A stretch of DNA of 60,053 bases, the filler included, from Basidiobolus ranarum (lineage: Eukaryota), in NCBI GenBank assembly GCA_040143965.1. It is 13 parts of 13 records of this genome, joined end to end, with 100 filler letters (N's around TTAATTAATTAA, not from the genome) between each part and the next. Parts side by side here need not be neighbours in the genome. Positions count along the whole stretch, not along the records: positions 9,275 to 13,810 come from JASJQH010001924.1; positions 13,911 to 18,444 come from JASJQH010001925.1; positions 18,545 to 23,074 come from JASJQH010001926.1; positions 23,175 to 27,704 come from JASJQH010001927.1; 9 more parts are not named here. One strand, 5' to 3'. Both the position numbers and the translations under genes were made by a program. The notes beneath the pieces are model-generated. The model was not told the origin of the DNA. It worked only from the letters and a program-made list of their open reading frames with translations, and did no database searches. How positions within the stretch are numbered: position 1 is the stretch's first letter; each line of letters starts with the position of its first letter. Positions 11,708 through 23,254 of the stretch are shown piece after piece.

Positions 11708-13520
11708 GTTTGAATATAATTAGTATCATTGTTTTGTAAAATACAATCTCATTTGGTAATGAACTTAAAAAAATCCTCTTATAGTTGAAAAAGAGGAGGT
11801 TCCCATAATATTCTATAAATTTTTCTGGATACTCTATTTCGTGGAAAGTCAATAAGTCTTTCACGGAAAGTGATTCTTTGTCCTACTACAACCGCTCAAT
11901 TTACAATCAATATACGACTCCAAGGTACAACTAGATTCAAGCTTGAGCCACATCTATATATATGTATAGATGTATATTGGAAAAATCCGATTTCTCTGTG
12001 AAATTCTATGCATGCGTTTAGTGTAGCAATATGTTGAATAACTGCAAGTCGTTAAAGATTGGCACAAAGCCGGACACGTGCCATTATTGAGATCAAAAGT
12101 CGAACATTATGACTAAATCAATGCTTCCCATGAACATGTAACTTTTTTCAAATTAGGCAAGTGGACGCATTAAAGCACAATAAATACCTGAACTTGAGTC
12201 AGTATATATACTATTAAGCACAGGGTATAGTTGAGTTTGAATGACTAAGTCAGCATAACAAATTTACGACAACTTTAGTATTGCAATCGCCAATTTTTGA
12301 AAGAGCAGTAAGAGTTACCAATTCGGTACTTCCACTTTAATACGAACTGAAACACATGATTTAATTTGCTATAGATCGTCTCCCAGTCAACCGCCGGAAA
12401 TGCGAAAATTATATAAGCTATTATTCTGTCATAAGATAATTGGTGGAGCTCAGATATCCATTTTGTTTACATGTCTTTTGTGACGCCCACCACGTGACAG
12501 TGGATGTTGGAATGAAACTATGTGCGGGCTCTGTATACTTACTGAATTGAAATCACAGCCTAAAAGGTAGCGCCTTTTTCTTCCTATATTGAGTTCCTTG
12601 GTTGGAGTGTGATCACGGCGTCAGTAACGTTTTATATTTGGAATGCTGCTATGTCACTCATTTTATTTGTTATTAGAATCTAGCGCTGACAATTAACTTT
12701 AGCACGTGCCACCCACTGGGAATATTGAAGAGCACACACGCCGAGAATATCATATATATATATTTGCAGCGTTTCCTATTGAGATCATTTTCACGGAAGC
12801 ATCGCAACGATATGCTTTTTCATGGATTACAGTATATAACACCAAGGGTTCCTTATTACCATGTCATGCCAAAGCAATGCTATTCTTGTCTAACCTAGAA
12901 TATTTTCTAAAACCTAGATTATCTAGATCTGGAGGTAGCTAACTCTTGTGACCAAGTAGCTTGTCCCGATCAGAGCCTCCGTAGCAAACTACACTTATCT
13001 CATAAGGTATCACATGATGCACTGTGATCTGCACCATAGAATTAGGTATGAGGCTATTTGGATTGAAAATCTTCCTAATTGATAACTAGAGGATATGAAT
13101 GGTTTGCCAGCATTCTTGTATAGGAAGTATAGTTACTTTACTCCTTTTATAGTAAGTTCTGGGACCACATATCGACAGTTGCACTGTTGTCTCTCTACAG
13201 CATCTGTCGAGAAAACATTATTCTATATATAGAATCGTGGTTAGGTACGTGGAAGAATTCTTTCTGCCCAAGATAAAATCCGTCGACGCTACGCAACCAA
13301 TAGAGGAATGAATTGTAGACATGTGATTTGTTAACAATAACTAAGAGAATAGCTTTGTTGAAAGGGTATAGTATGGCTCTATGAAATGATGCTTTACTGA
13401 TCAATAACAAAAAACATCAAGTGACACAGAAGTGAAAGTCGCTGTTCTCTCCCTTGAAGTATTTAACGTACCTCCAGGTAGGATTCAGGATTATTACATT
13501 CATTACACATCAAGGTCTAC

Positions 13521-13810
13521 ATGAGCTGTACAATTGCTATTTTACCTATATCAGTTCTTGAGTGTTGTTTGAATTTTGTTTCAAGTCAAAAAGAACTATG
13601 CACAATGAGCTACGTCTGCCGTATCTGGTTTTCACTTGCAGTCAAAAAATTGTACCGGCGACCTAGATTTTGCTCAACATGTGTTTGGGAGAAGTTTGTC
13701 TTCACTCTGCGATTATGTGCTGATGGAATGGCTACTACTCAATACGGGCTGTTGGTCCATGCGCTTGACATCTCAGTTATCAGATACTGCCTTTCCGAAG
13801 AACTTTATAC
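13521..13810 (+). CDS. F-box protein, 3'-truncated
   Basis: LPISVLECCLNFV...LCTMSYVCRIWFSLAVKKLYRRP matches the F-box-like pattern. Confidence 0.75.
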
Positions 13811-13910
13811 NNNNNNNNNNNNNNNNNNNNNNNNNNNNNNNNNNNNNNNNNNNNTTAATTAATTAANNNNNNNNNNNNNNNNNNNNNNNNNNNNNNNNNN
13901 NNNNNNNNNN

Positions 13911-14337
13911 ATAATCCCGAACCCAGCTTTCCCGCACCGGTCAGACCCCCCACCCCCCACACCAGCAATCCCAGCAACTCCACGACCAGTACCCCAGTAT
14001 TCAGCAGAAGTTTGATGACCAGCCTTGACGGAGACGGCATAGGCTTGACGCTTGTTCTTGGCCATGTTGGTGTGAACGAATCTCACGATATCAGGACGGA
14101 TAGGGGCCTTGAAGACAGCGGGAAGGGTGACAGTGGCAACGGAGCCATTGCCGGCTTCAGAGAAGACGTTAATAGTAGGTCTAGCGGCCGCAGACTATAA
14201 AAAATAGAGTTAGACATGAAATGATTTCAGTAGTAGACGCTTACCATCCAATCACAGTGTAGTAATGATGACAACTGGTGATGGATGGGTAATAGTCGGA
14301 TGGATGAATACTAGTGTAGATGATTAGGACATACCAT
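13911..14337 (-). CDS. RPL4: 60S ribosomal protein L4 (uL4), 5' part; exon 1 is ATG only (14337-14335), intron 14334-14195
   Basis: [15 protein letters not shown]...[47 protein letters not shown]. The last ~70 nt before the gap diverge from consensus and are probably low-quality contig end. Confidence 0.95.
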
Positions 14338-14776
14338 TTGAGAAATCTACCAAAATACGGAGGGGATATGGAAAGAAGGACGGTTAATTGATAATTCACC
14401 ACTCAAATACTTGGCCCACTTCCATCATCCCCTTCAATTTCAATTTTTTGACATGATTATGTCGGGGCCATGGTTAATTTTGGAAAATTTTATCTGTAAA
14501 AAAAAATTCAAATCTTGCTTAGATGTAATTTAATGTATCAGTGATTCTACCGATTCTACGCCATACAAACAGTATTTACATACAATATCCACACCATGCA
14601 AATAATAGATAATGGAGGTGTATATATGGGTACGGTATGTATGGATGTACACATGACTAGCGAAAAGAAACCAACATTTACAACACGATGTTTATGCCAT
14701 AATACACTGAAATGGTGTGAGCGTTTATTTCATCAAATAGGGTGAGAGAAGGGAGATAAGGAGGTATTTAGTTTGT

Positions 14777-15602
14777 TTAAGCACTGGAGTGGCAAAGGAT
14801 CTTGGTCAATTGTTCGAACTTGATGTTTTCAGTAATAACAATTTGTTTGGCTTCATTGTCCTTATTGAGGGGGATTGTTACATTCTCCTCTTGCTTGGTC
14901 CAACCTTGTTCCTTGACGAAGTTTTCAAGTTCTTGTCCCTTAATGTTCAAGTATCCCTCAAGGTGCTTCAAAGAAACTACTTGATAAGTGATGGCAATGT
15001 TTTTGGCGATCATGGTACGAATTTCTTTTTCAAAGCTAACTACATCACTAAGTAATTCTTTATAGTCGCTATCGCTTCCAATCTTGCTCCAGAATTCTTC
15101 ATAACGAGCCTCTTCAAGGATCTTGTGGAGGGAAACAACCTTAGCTACGGAGGCTTCGCTGATCTAGGTAAAGTTAAGGAATAAAAATACTAGTGGGAAA
15201 TAAACTGGGCTATCAAAATTTTGGGTAAGGATACGATTTGTTCGTTTAACAAATACAAACAGAGGTTGAAGTCAGAGTTAGGAATAGCAGTCAGAGCCTT
15301 GATAAGAATGCTGCACACGATTTGGTGGTTAACAAGTTGAGGATTGAATTGGTACCTGAAGTGAAGGGTTTCAATATTAGTATTCTATTTAGTGATGTTA
15401 TCGGGATAAACGAGGTTTATCAATATTCAAAGAGAAGTATGTCATACATTTTCAAGATGGCCAAGTTAGCCATCAAGTCGTGTTCTTGACCAGAGCATTG
15501 AAGAGCAAGATACTTCTCCAAAGCGGGCAAGTTCTCTGGGTTATAACGTTCAACACTGTTGATGATCTTCTCGATGTTCTCTGGTCTAATTGAAGAGTTC
15601 AT
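14777..15602 (-). CDS. eIF3k: Translation initiation factor eIF3 subunit K, 3 exons
   Basis: ERYNPENLPALEKY...DLMANLAILKMYQFNP and C-terminal ENIKFEQLTKIL, with GT-AG introns. Confidence 0.92.
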
Positions 15603-16405
15603 ATTGAATAAATATATTAAAGAAAAGAAACACCTTCAGTCAATAAGGAAAAAAACCAAGCCAGACAAAAAGTCAACTTGAAAATTTCCCATTTTTTTCT
15701 AAAAAAAAATCCCCCCTCCCCCGATGCTAGTGAATTCTCTTTTTTTACTGTTGATTTTTCCCTCGTCACTTACTTGCATTTTTAACCTGATTTTAATCAA
15801 CTTTTATTCAACTTTCGTAATTGATTTACTGCTGAGTCGGTGTCGGGTCTGATCGTAGCAACTCATATTCGATTACGAAGTCTGGTTTTATAAAGAATTC
15901 AGGCTTACTTAATCACACATGCGACAAGTGAGACGAATTGGTCATGCTCGGGTAGAACGGGTAGCTGAACAGGTGGTACAGTTGATATGATCTGATGCTA
16001 TCCTATTTATGGAGCATCCAATATAGGCTGGGAGAGCCTTGGTGATGTAGCGGGTGTCTAAGTGGATGTGAGTTCGGAATTGGTTTATCTTTCGACAGTC
16101 ACGAGTTGTATATTGACTAATGTGTCCTACCACGGAAACTACTGTCTATACAGTACTAGATGGTGTAATTACCTGGCATGATTGCAGAAGTGTTGCTATT
16201 TAAAGCGGTAAAATGCTCCATCAATCGCTGTCTGCAGTGATTTTGATAGATTTTCGAGATTCTATTAGTTATCCATCGTTTCTAAATTAGACCCTATCTT
16301 ATCAACTCTACCAGATCACTTCATATATTTTCCACTAGTCCTTTTTTCTCTTCCAAATATTCAATTCTACTTTTTTTAAACCTTATTCTTTCGTTTACAA
16401 CTAAG

Positions 16406-17447
16406 ATGTCCACTAAAGCGAAGTTAACTCCCTTTGGAGATGCGGTTGCTGGAGCTGGTGGTGCTCTTCTCGCTCTCGCGGCGGTGTACCCATTAGACAT
16501 GTAACCTTCCCATTTACTTGATTTCCTTGTCTTAAGAATTTTCCACTTATCCAATTCTTCAGTATTAAGACACGTATGCAAGTTCAATCCAAGTCCGAGG
16601 AGTCCTATACTTCCACATGGGACGCTTTCGTACGTATTCTTAAGGAGGAAGGAGTCGGCGGCTTATACGCTGGTTTACCTGCCGGTTTAATCGGAGTAGC
16701 TAGTACCAATTTTGCTTACTTTTATTGGTATTCTTTACTTCGTGGTAGTTATTCACGTAAAGTACAAGAGATTTCCACCTCTATGGAGCTAGTATTAGGT
16801 GCTGGTGCTGCCGCATTAGCACAAATTTTCACTATACCTGTTTCAGTTGTAAGTACGAGACAACAAACCACACCACCTAGTGAGCGTGGTTCATTATGGC
16901 AAACCTGGTTGGATATTGTCGAAGAGGAAGGTTGGACTGGCCTCTGGAAAGGATTAAAACCATCATTAGTTTTGGTGGTTAACCCTGCCATCACATATGG
17001 TGCTTTTGAGAAGATAAAGAGTGGTTTCCTGGCTAGATCTGGAGGTAAAGCTTTATCAGCATTGGAGGTGTTCTTGGTTGGTGCTTTAGCTAAAACCGCG
17101 GCGACATTAATCACCTACCCTTATATTATGGCGAAGGTTAGATTGCAATGGAAACCACCCAAGAATGCTGATACATCTAAACATCATGAACGATACAATG
17201 GTGCCATAGATGTATTAAAGAAAGTCTGGAAAAAGGATGGACTCAAAGGACTTTATAACGTAAGATAGATTTCTATGGAAACATTACTATAACTCACATA
17301 CTCATCTTTCTCATTATCTAGGGCATGGACGCACAAATTTATAAGGCTGTACTTTCACAAGCATTGCTTCTTATGCTTAAAGAAAAATTATCCATTTATA
17401 CTTTACTCATGTTTGCTCTATTCAACAAAAGAAAACTGAAGGTTTAA
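16406..17447 (+). CDS. ANT1: Peroxisomal adenine nucleotide carrier (SLC25; ANT1/PMP34-like), 3 exons
   Basis: MSTKAKLTPFGDAVAGAGG...YPLDIIKTRMQ, STNFAYFYWY, LVLVVNPAITYGAFE, TYPYIMAKVRLQ, KAVLSQALL. Introns at about 16501-16562 and 17260-17320. Confidence 0.9.
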
Positions 17448-17699
17448 TCTGGAATGTCCTTATTTGAAATCCCCTCCCACGCCACACCACACTTACACCA
17501 CCTCACACTCTAAAATTCTCGCTATATATATATATTCGTTCACAATTCTTACGATCTTTCTCAGAAAATAAATTCGGTTAGAGCTGTGGAATCTATATAT
17601 AATGAAATTTTGTATGGGGACATATCACTTTCTAAACTTAGCATCTAAAGAAAATTCCCGAGTACCATTGTTTGCTTCCTCTACCATTATCTCAGTTCA

Positions 17700-17925
17700 A
17701 TATTGGATAAATAGATACTGAGCTATATGTCACTATATAAGTGTTTAGGTTATACTTATTTCAACAAAGATATCCCCCATTATTCTCAATTGGAATTTAC
17801 TTACAATATTTCTACCAACTTAGAAGTTCTCTGATATATAGATTTTGATAACTTGTGCTAGAAGCCCTAAACTCTGTACACATGCTCCTCAGACCTTCCT
17901 TAACACATTCTACATATTAGACTTG
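17700..17925. repeat. Family-B LTR fragments
   Basis: GATTTTGATAACTTGTGCTAGAAGCCC...GACCTTCCTTAACAC is shared with 18545-18803, 19051-19260 and 46670-46950. Confidence 0.75.
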
Positions 17926-18357
17926 TTCCATTGGACCAGGTCAGATTGTGCCACCTAATCCAGCTTGCAAACACACTATCTGGTGTAATCTGTCAGTTAC
18001 CATTTAATAGATTAGCCACATGATTGGACACTATAAGGAACAATATGGCACCATCCCACCACATTTGGACACAGTGATTTTTTTGGAAATATCATGCCAG
18101 CTTGTACCAAGTTACCCAATTTAGTGCAGCCAAATCAAGATTTTGGGTAACTGACAGTTCAAGTTCATCACCTAATTTGTAACTTACCATTTCTTGAATG
18201 TGTAACAATAAACAATTTATACTATAACTTATGTAATCAAATGTGCAAGCAAGATATTTGCATATTTATAGATCAATCATTTATCTTTTGTTCATACAAT
18301 ATCCAGATCTTTGATTGGGCCCTGTTGAAATTATTGAAATTATTTAGGGAGAAATAT

Positions 18358-18430
18358 TGGTCTGGCCAGGATTTGAATCTGGGACCTCCTTCACTCTAGC
18401 AAGGTGCTCTAACCACTGAGCTACCAGTCC
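18358..18430 (-). pseudogene. tRNA-like sequence (tRNA pseudogene or tRNA-derived module)
   Basis: Minus strand reads GGACTGG TA GCTC AGTGGTTA GAGC A CCTTG CTAGAGT GAAGG AGGTC CCAGA TTCAAAT CCTGG CCAGACC A. This folds as a cloverleaf with an A box and a decayed B box, one mismatch in each of the acceptor, anticodon and T stems, anticodon AGA and a short variable loop. Confidence 0.8.
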
Positions 18431-18544
18431 TTATATGCTATGCCNNNNNNNNNNNNNNNNNNNNNNNNNNNNNNNNNNNNNNNNNNNNTTAATTAATTAA
18501 NNNNNNNNNNNNNNNNNNNNNNNNNNNNNNNNNNNNNNNNNNNN

Positions 18545-19260
18545 ACTAAGATATTATCCATTATTCTCATAAGGAATTTACTTAGAAGTTTGAAGATATA
18601 TAGATTTTGATAACTTGTGCTAGAAGCCCCAAACTTTGCACATATGTTCCTGAGACCTTCCTTAACATATTCTACACGTTAGTTTGTTTACATCTTGACA
18701 GAACTATAAATGTCAACTTTCTACTCAATAAATCAATAAGTGAAAACCACCAATTTCTCTAATTCTCCAAACCACTTCCAACAGGCTCCCAAATACTTTA
18801 ACAAGGAGTTTGTCATATTATCAAAATTCCAACACAGGAAATTGTTTCATTTTGGGAGCTACTATAACTTCAACCATACAAAGAAATGTTATTTCTCAGC
18901 AAGTAATGATAAACAGGTGATGTCTGAAGTAATATTTCGTCATAACCTTTCATAATTTTCTACATATGGGTGAAAATTGTTTATATCAAGACTAAAAGTT
19001 GAAGGAGGTAAGTTTCATTTCCATTATAATAAGTAACATATACATCAAAGTGTTGAAATTAGCATTACCTAAACACCTATATATTCATATATAGCTTAGT
19101 ATTTTGTTATCCTAAATTGAACTAAGATATCACCCATTATTCAATATCGGAATTTACTTAGAAGTTTGAAGATATATAGATTTTGATGACTTGTGCTAGA
19201 GGCCCCAAACTTTGCACACATGTTCCTGGGACCTTCCTTAACACATTATACATGTTATTA
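18545..19260 (+). repeat. Two family-B LTR copies (18545-18803 ending TAACA; 19051-19260 starting TGTTGAAATTAGC)
   Basis: Directly repeated near-identical core with TG...CA termini. Confidence 0.8.
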
Positions 19261-20516
19261 GTTGGTTCATAGATTTTGATGCAGCCTCATTGCATTTTAT
19301 TTCTTTTCAAAGCACTTATTTTCAGTTAAGTTTAGTAAACTATTAAGCATTTAGAGGAAGAAGTTACCTTAGAAGATACTTTGAAAGCATAACTTGCTGG
19401 GAAACAGCATCTTTTTTACACATATCAAGTATATAGTAACAGTCAACATGGAAAAATCCAATATATTGAACTTCTACGATTGGGCAGATGTCTATCCATT
19501 ATTGCTTGATGCTGAGAGATTTGATTGATGCTAGCACATGTAATTTATATGAAGCATGCAATGATAATGGCCAAAATCATAATTTACATAGTTTGGATCT
19601 TATAATTCGTAGTGTTTGGAAATATAATCAAAAATATAAACTTTTAGTGCAAAAAGCATCTGCACTCAAAGCTGATTCACTAAATGTGAGGAATATAAAT
19701 GTTTGTAATAGCACCAAGAGTGGTGGAATCACCATCATAATATCAAAGATTACTGTTTGGGCTCTACTTAGGCTATGTGGCCAATATCAAGTTAATACAT
19801 GTAGTGAATACAGAGATATTGTGGTTTCCGAAATGCTTGCAAAAAAAGTGATTAGTTATGAGCGCTAGTGTAAATCTTCATTGAAGCGTACTTTGGCCAA
19901 GAAATAAAGCCTAAATGTAGCATTCTTTTGAGAGAAACGTAATGGCGTGGAATCAATATATATGAAATCTGGTGAATTTCCTGCTTCGATCGTTTCCATA
20001 CTTATCACGGTTGTCAACTGCTGAATTTACTTTGGGAGTGGAGTAAAGTGAAGGAAGTTGTCGAAAAAAGCTAGTTCACCTCATCTTGTTGAACTAAATG
20101 CCATGCACAAAACGAAAGTTGCCTTACTACAACATAAGGAGGAGTATAACAGTAACGCTATGTTGTTTAATTCTGAGTACGCAGTCATATTTCGAGGGAT
20201 ATTCGCTAACTCGATAGCTCAGTGTTTGTAATTGTGAAAACAACCACTGCTGATACAAGTCATCATTTTTAGTTAATCCATAGGAATACACGATTTCTTC
20301 CGACCATAAAGACACGACAACATTTATAGCTTAAGCCATCTCAATTCAAATATTTCGTTGAACTTTTTTATTTATTATCTACCTAACTAAATAGCATTAT
20401 TTATATGGATCTTGAGAAAGTTTCAACATATCTTTAAGGCCACTTTTTTCATGATGTAAATTGATGCTTTATTAATCGATAGGCTCAAAAAATTCTTGTA
20501 AATCAAAGGTCTTCAC

Positions 20517-21201
20517 TTAAAGAAACATACTTGCGGTAAGTAAGAAAACCCCCGTAGCCAAGCCTAGCACCTTTATACTGGAAGCCCCAGATTTACCGTG
20601 ATTATGACCGTGATCATGATCATGCTCGTGATCGTGATGGTCTTCAGTAATGTTGGCACATGCAAGCGGAGTTCCATCGGAGCGATAAATTACTAGGGAT
20701 CTACCAACCACACTATTCTCACTGGTATGAGCATCCATAGATAGTCCAGGGACAACAACGCTGAAGGCAGGGGTAGTAGAGTTCAATTTTGAAGACTTGC
20801 CTATAGGCTTGAATTAGACGTCTGATTCTAACTAACAACTGACAGTTTATCATTAACTTACCTGAAAGATCTCCTAATTGGCAAGTATCTGGGGTTGTAG
20901 GAGTGCATTGAGAGCTAGTCCCTACTTTCTTGGGATCTAAAACGGACTTGGCTGAAGTGCAACTACCCGAAGCATCTAGTGTGCTTTCGTGAACTTTCCA
21001 AGCATACAAATCACTGGTTGGAATGACGGATTTCACATCCACACCAATATTGATTCCATTAGTAACGCTTGTAAAAGTAAAGTTCCCTTTGAAATCTTCT
21101 TGAGAGAAAGTAGCCACAGCTTTTTCGGCATCGTGAGCGGATACATAGGTGAAAGTACCGAGGAAAACGTAAGCAGATAAAAGAAATTGAGTTGCAATCA
21201 T
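20517..21201 (-). CDS. Secreted, probably GPI-anchored Cu-only-SOD-fold protein (SOD4/5-like) lacking catalytic His, with a His-rich tail; intron 20861-20801
   Basis: Signal peptide, then YAWKVHE, CTSAKSVLDP, CQLGDLSGK, VVGRSLVIY and LACANI, then EDHHDHEHDHDHGHNHG and a hydrophobic C-terminus. Confidence 0.85.
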
Positions 21202-22801
21202 TTTGTATCAAACAAGTCAAGATATGATGACTCTTTGCTCTACTCTAGCTGTCTTTTTATACAAATCGATGTCAAAATTAAACTACGCCAACCCATGTTC
21301 AGTTTACACCATCTTGATTCCTTCCGTACTCACCAAGATCGATGACCACTTCCATGCCATTCATCATCTACAATATATCGTTATTCTATTCTGTATATTA
21401 GAGTATCGAATATTTCAACTGCTGATAAGGTCATCTTCTACATTCCTTCTTTAGAAGCCTAAAAAACTGGCAGTATGCCTAAATAAAGAGCGATTTACGA
21501 AAAAGGATACTTTCCAGCTCCAACCTTATCAGTGATAAACGTCCCACCTCATCACTATTACGGTACTCTCATAAATCGTGAGAAGATGGATGCCACCTTT
21601 GTTTTCATATCGAATTCCATATTTCCAGTTAAAATCCAGTATGTACTCGTAAGACACTTGAATAATAACTCAAGGTTATTGGAGATACCGCTCTTGATTC
21701 ATAAAAAGGTTTTCTGTACGACAAAGCTTGAAGTAGTGAAGCGTGAAATAGTACCTTCCAGGTTAATTCTATGGTATGTTCTTTTGATTTCTTCGAGGTG
21801 CATTGTTGTGCTACGTTAAATGTCCAGTAAGAACTTCAGTTACTCTGACTCGTATCCGGAGTGTAATCTGTGTGTACCTTAATTGGTAGTCGACCGCCAA
21901 TGAGGTACTCAAATTGACAAAATCTTAATGGCCTGATTGGAAAGTGGTGGGGTGTCTAACTGAAATCATAATCGTTGACTAGACACTTCAATTTCGAGTA
22001 TCAATGTTCAAAGGTAAAGTGGAGCCAGCTGCAACATGGATTTTAGGCAATGAGCCATCAAAAAGTTCGTAGGAGATTCTGTTGGAAGCAGACAGAGTTA
22101 CTTCATGCAGAGATGTAAGTGCCCATTTCAAGAATCTATACCGCGTGAGTAACAAGAGAACCCAACAGAGTCTGATCTATGTTTCTGCTGAATATTTCCA
22201 ATCGAGTTTTACACGATCTTAGTTCTAGGGGGATGTACATTAATCACAACATGCCTGGTTTCAAACTTCACAAATGTCTCAAGATCTCATCACTTTTCCC
22301 TGAAATCGCTTTGTTATTCCCCCAACAAGAAACAATCATCAAATAGAAGCGATACAAAATCCTGGCCAATCTAAAGATGCCAGGCTCCATGGTATGCTAA
22401 ATAGACGGATTTTTTGTAGTTGTTAGATCGATACCAAAACATGCAGCAAAATTTAAACCGTTCATACAGTCCCTAGCACCTTTCAGTAATATAGAAAATA
22501 GATGGACTTTTCGCTTCTTTCCTAGAGATCCGCATTTCTAGCATTAATATTGACGTAAATCGCGAGATTACTATGTAACACTCTAGATTCCAACATGTAG
22601 GAGCCAACATATGAACATACTAGGTGCGAAATTAATAATTGATCAATAAACTCAACCATTGATACTTTCCTAGACTCCTTTTTAAAACTTACTTCGCCTT
22701 GCGTTTCAGATTCAAACAAATGGAGGTATAAAAGGCGAAGTGTTCTGCTCATTGTAATTTACCCTCTTTTTCTTGCACCTTCCTCCCCCATATAAGCCAC
22801 A

Positions 22802-23074
22802 ATGAGATTTTCTGCTCACCAATTACTTGCATTGATTGTTGCAGTTACTGTCACTGATGCCAGTAGCTATGGTGACAGCGGAGAATCTCACAGTGTGTCT
22901 AGTCATCGCTCTAACCATCACTCTAGTAGCTACGGAGGGAACTCGATTATCACTAGAGAGGGTCATAGAGGGAGGAGAGGTAGAGGTAAGGGACACCACG
23001 GTCACCGAGGAAAAAGAGGTCACCATGCAAGAGGTCGGAGAGGATTTAATGGAAGAAAGGATGGTGGGTATTTG
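22802..23074 (+). CDS. Secreted Ser/Gly/His/Arg-rich low-complexity protein, 3'-truncated
   Basis: Signal peptide MRFSAHQLLALIVAVTVTDA; TATAAAA at 22727-22733; ATG in CACAATG context. Confidence 0.7.
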
Positions 23075-23174
23075 NNNNNNNNNNNNNNNNNNNNNNNNNN
23101 NNNNNNNNNNNNNNNNNNTTAATTAATTAANNNNNNNNNNNNNNNNNNNNNNNNNNNNNNNNNNNNNNNNNNNN

Positions 23175-23250
23175 AATAAAACTTAAGTGTCTAATTCAAA
23201 AATCCAAATCTTGTCCAAAACACTTCCAAATCCCCTAAACACTTTTATCA
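23175..23250 (+). repeat. Family-A LTR 3' end
   Basis: TAAGTGTCTAAT...AAATCCAAATCTTGTCC...CTAAACACTTT matches 25432-25498. Confidence 0.7.
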
Positions 23251-23254
23251 AACA

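Noticed and set aside
13911-13985. Divergent RPL4 sequence ([16 protein letters not shown]) as a novel paralog
   Set aside because: Divergence is confined to the last ~70 nt of the contig and is probably base-call error.
14205-14260. C/D snoRNA in the RPL4 intron
   Set aside because: The GTGATT and CTGA boxes on the sense strand are only about 25 nt apart, too close for a snoRNA.
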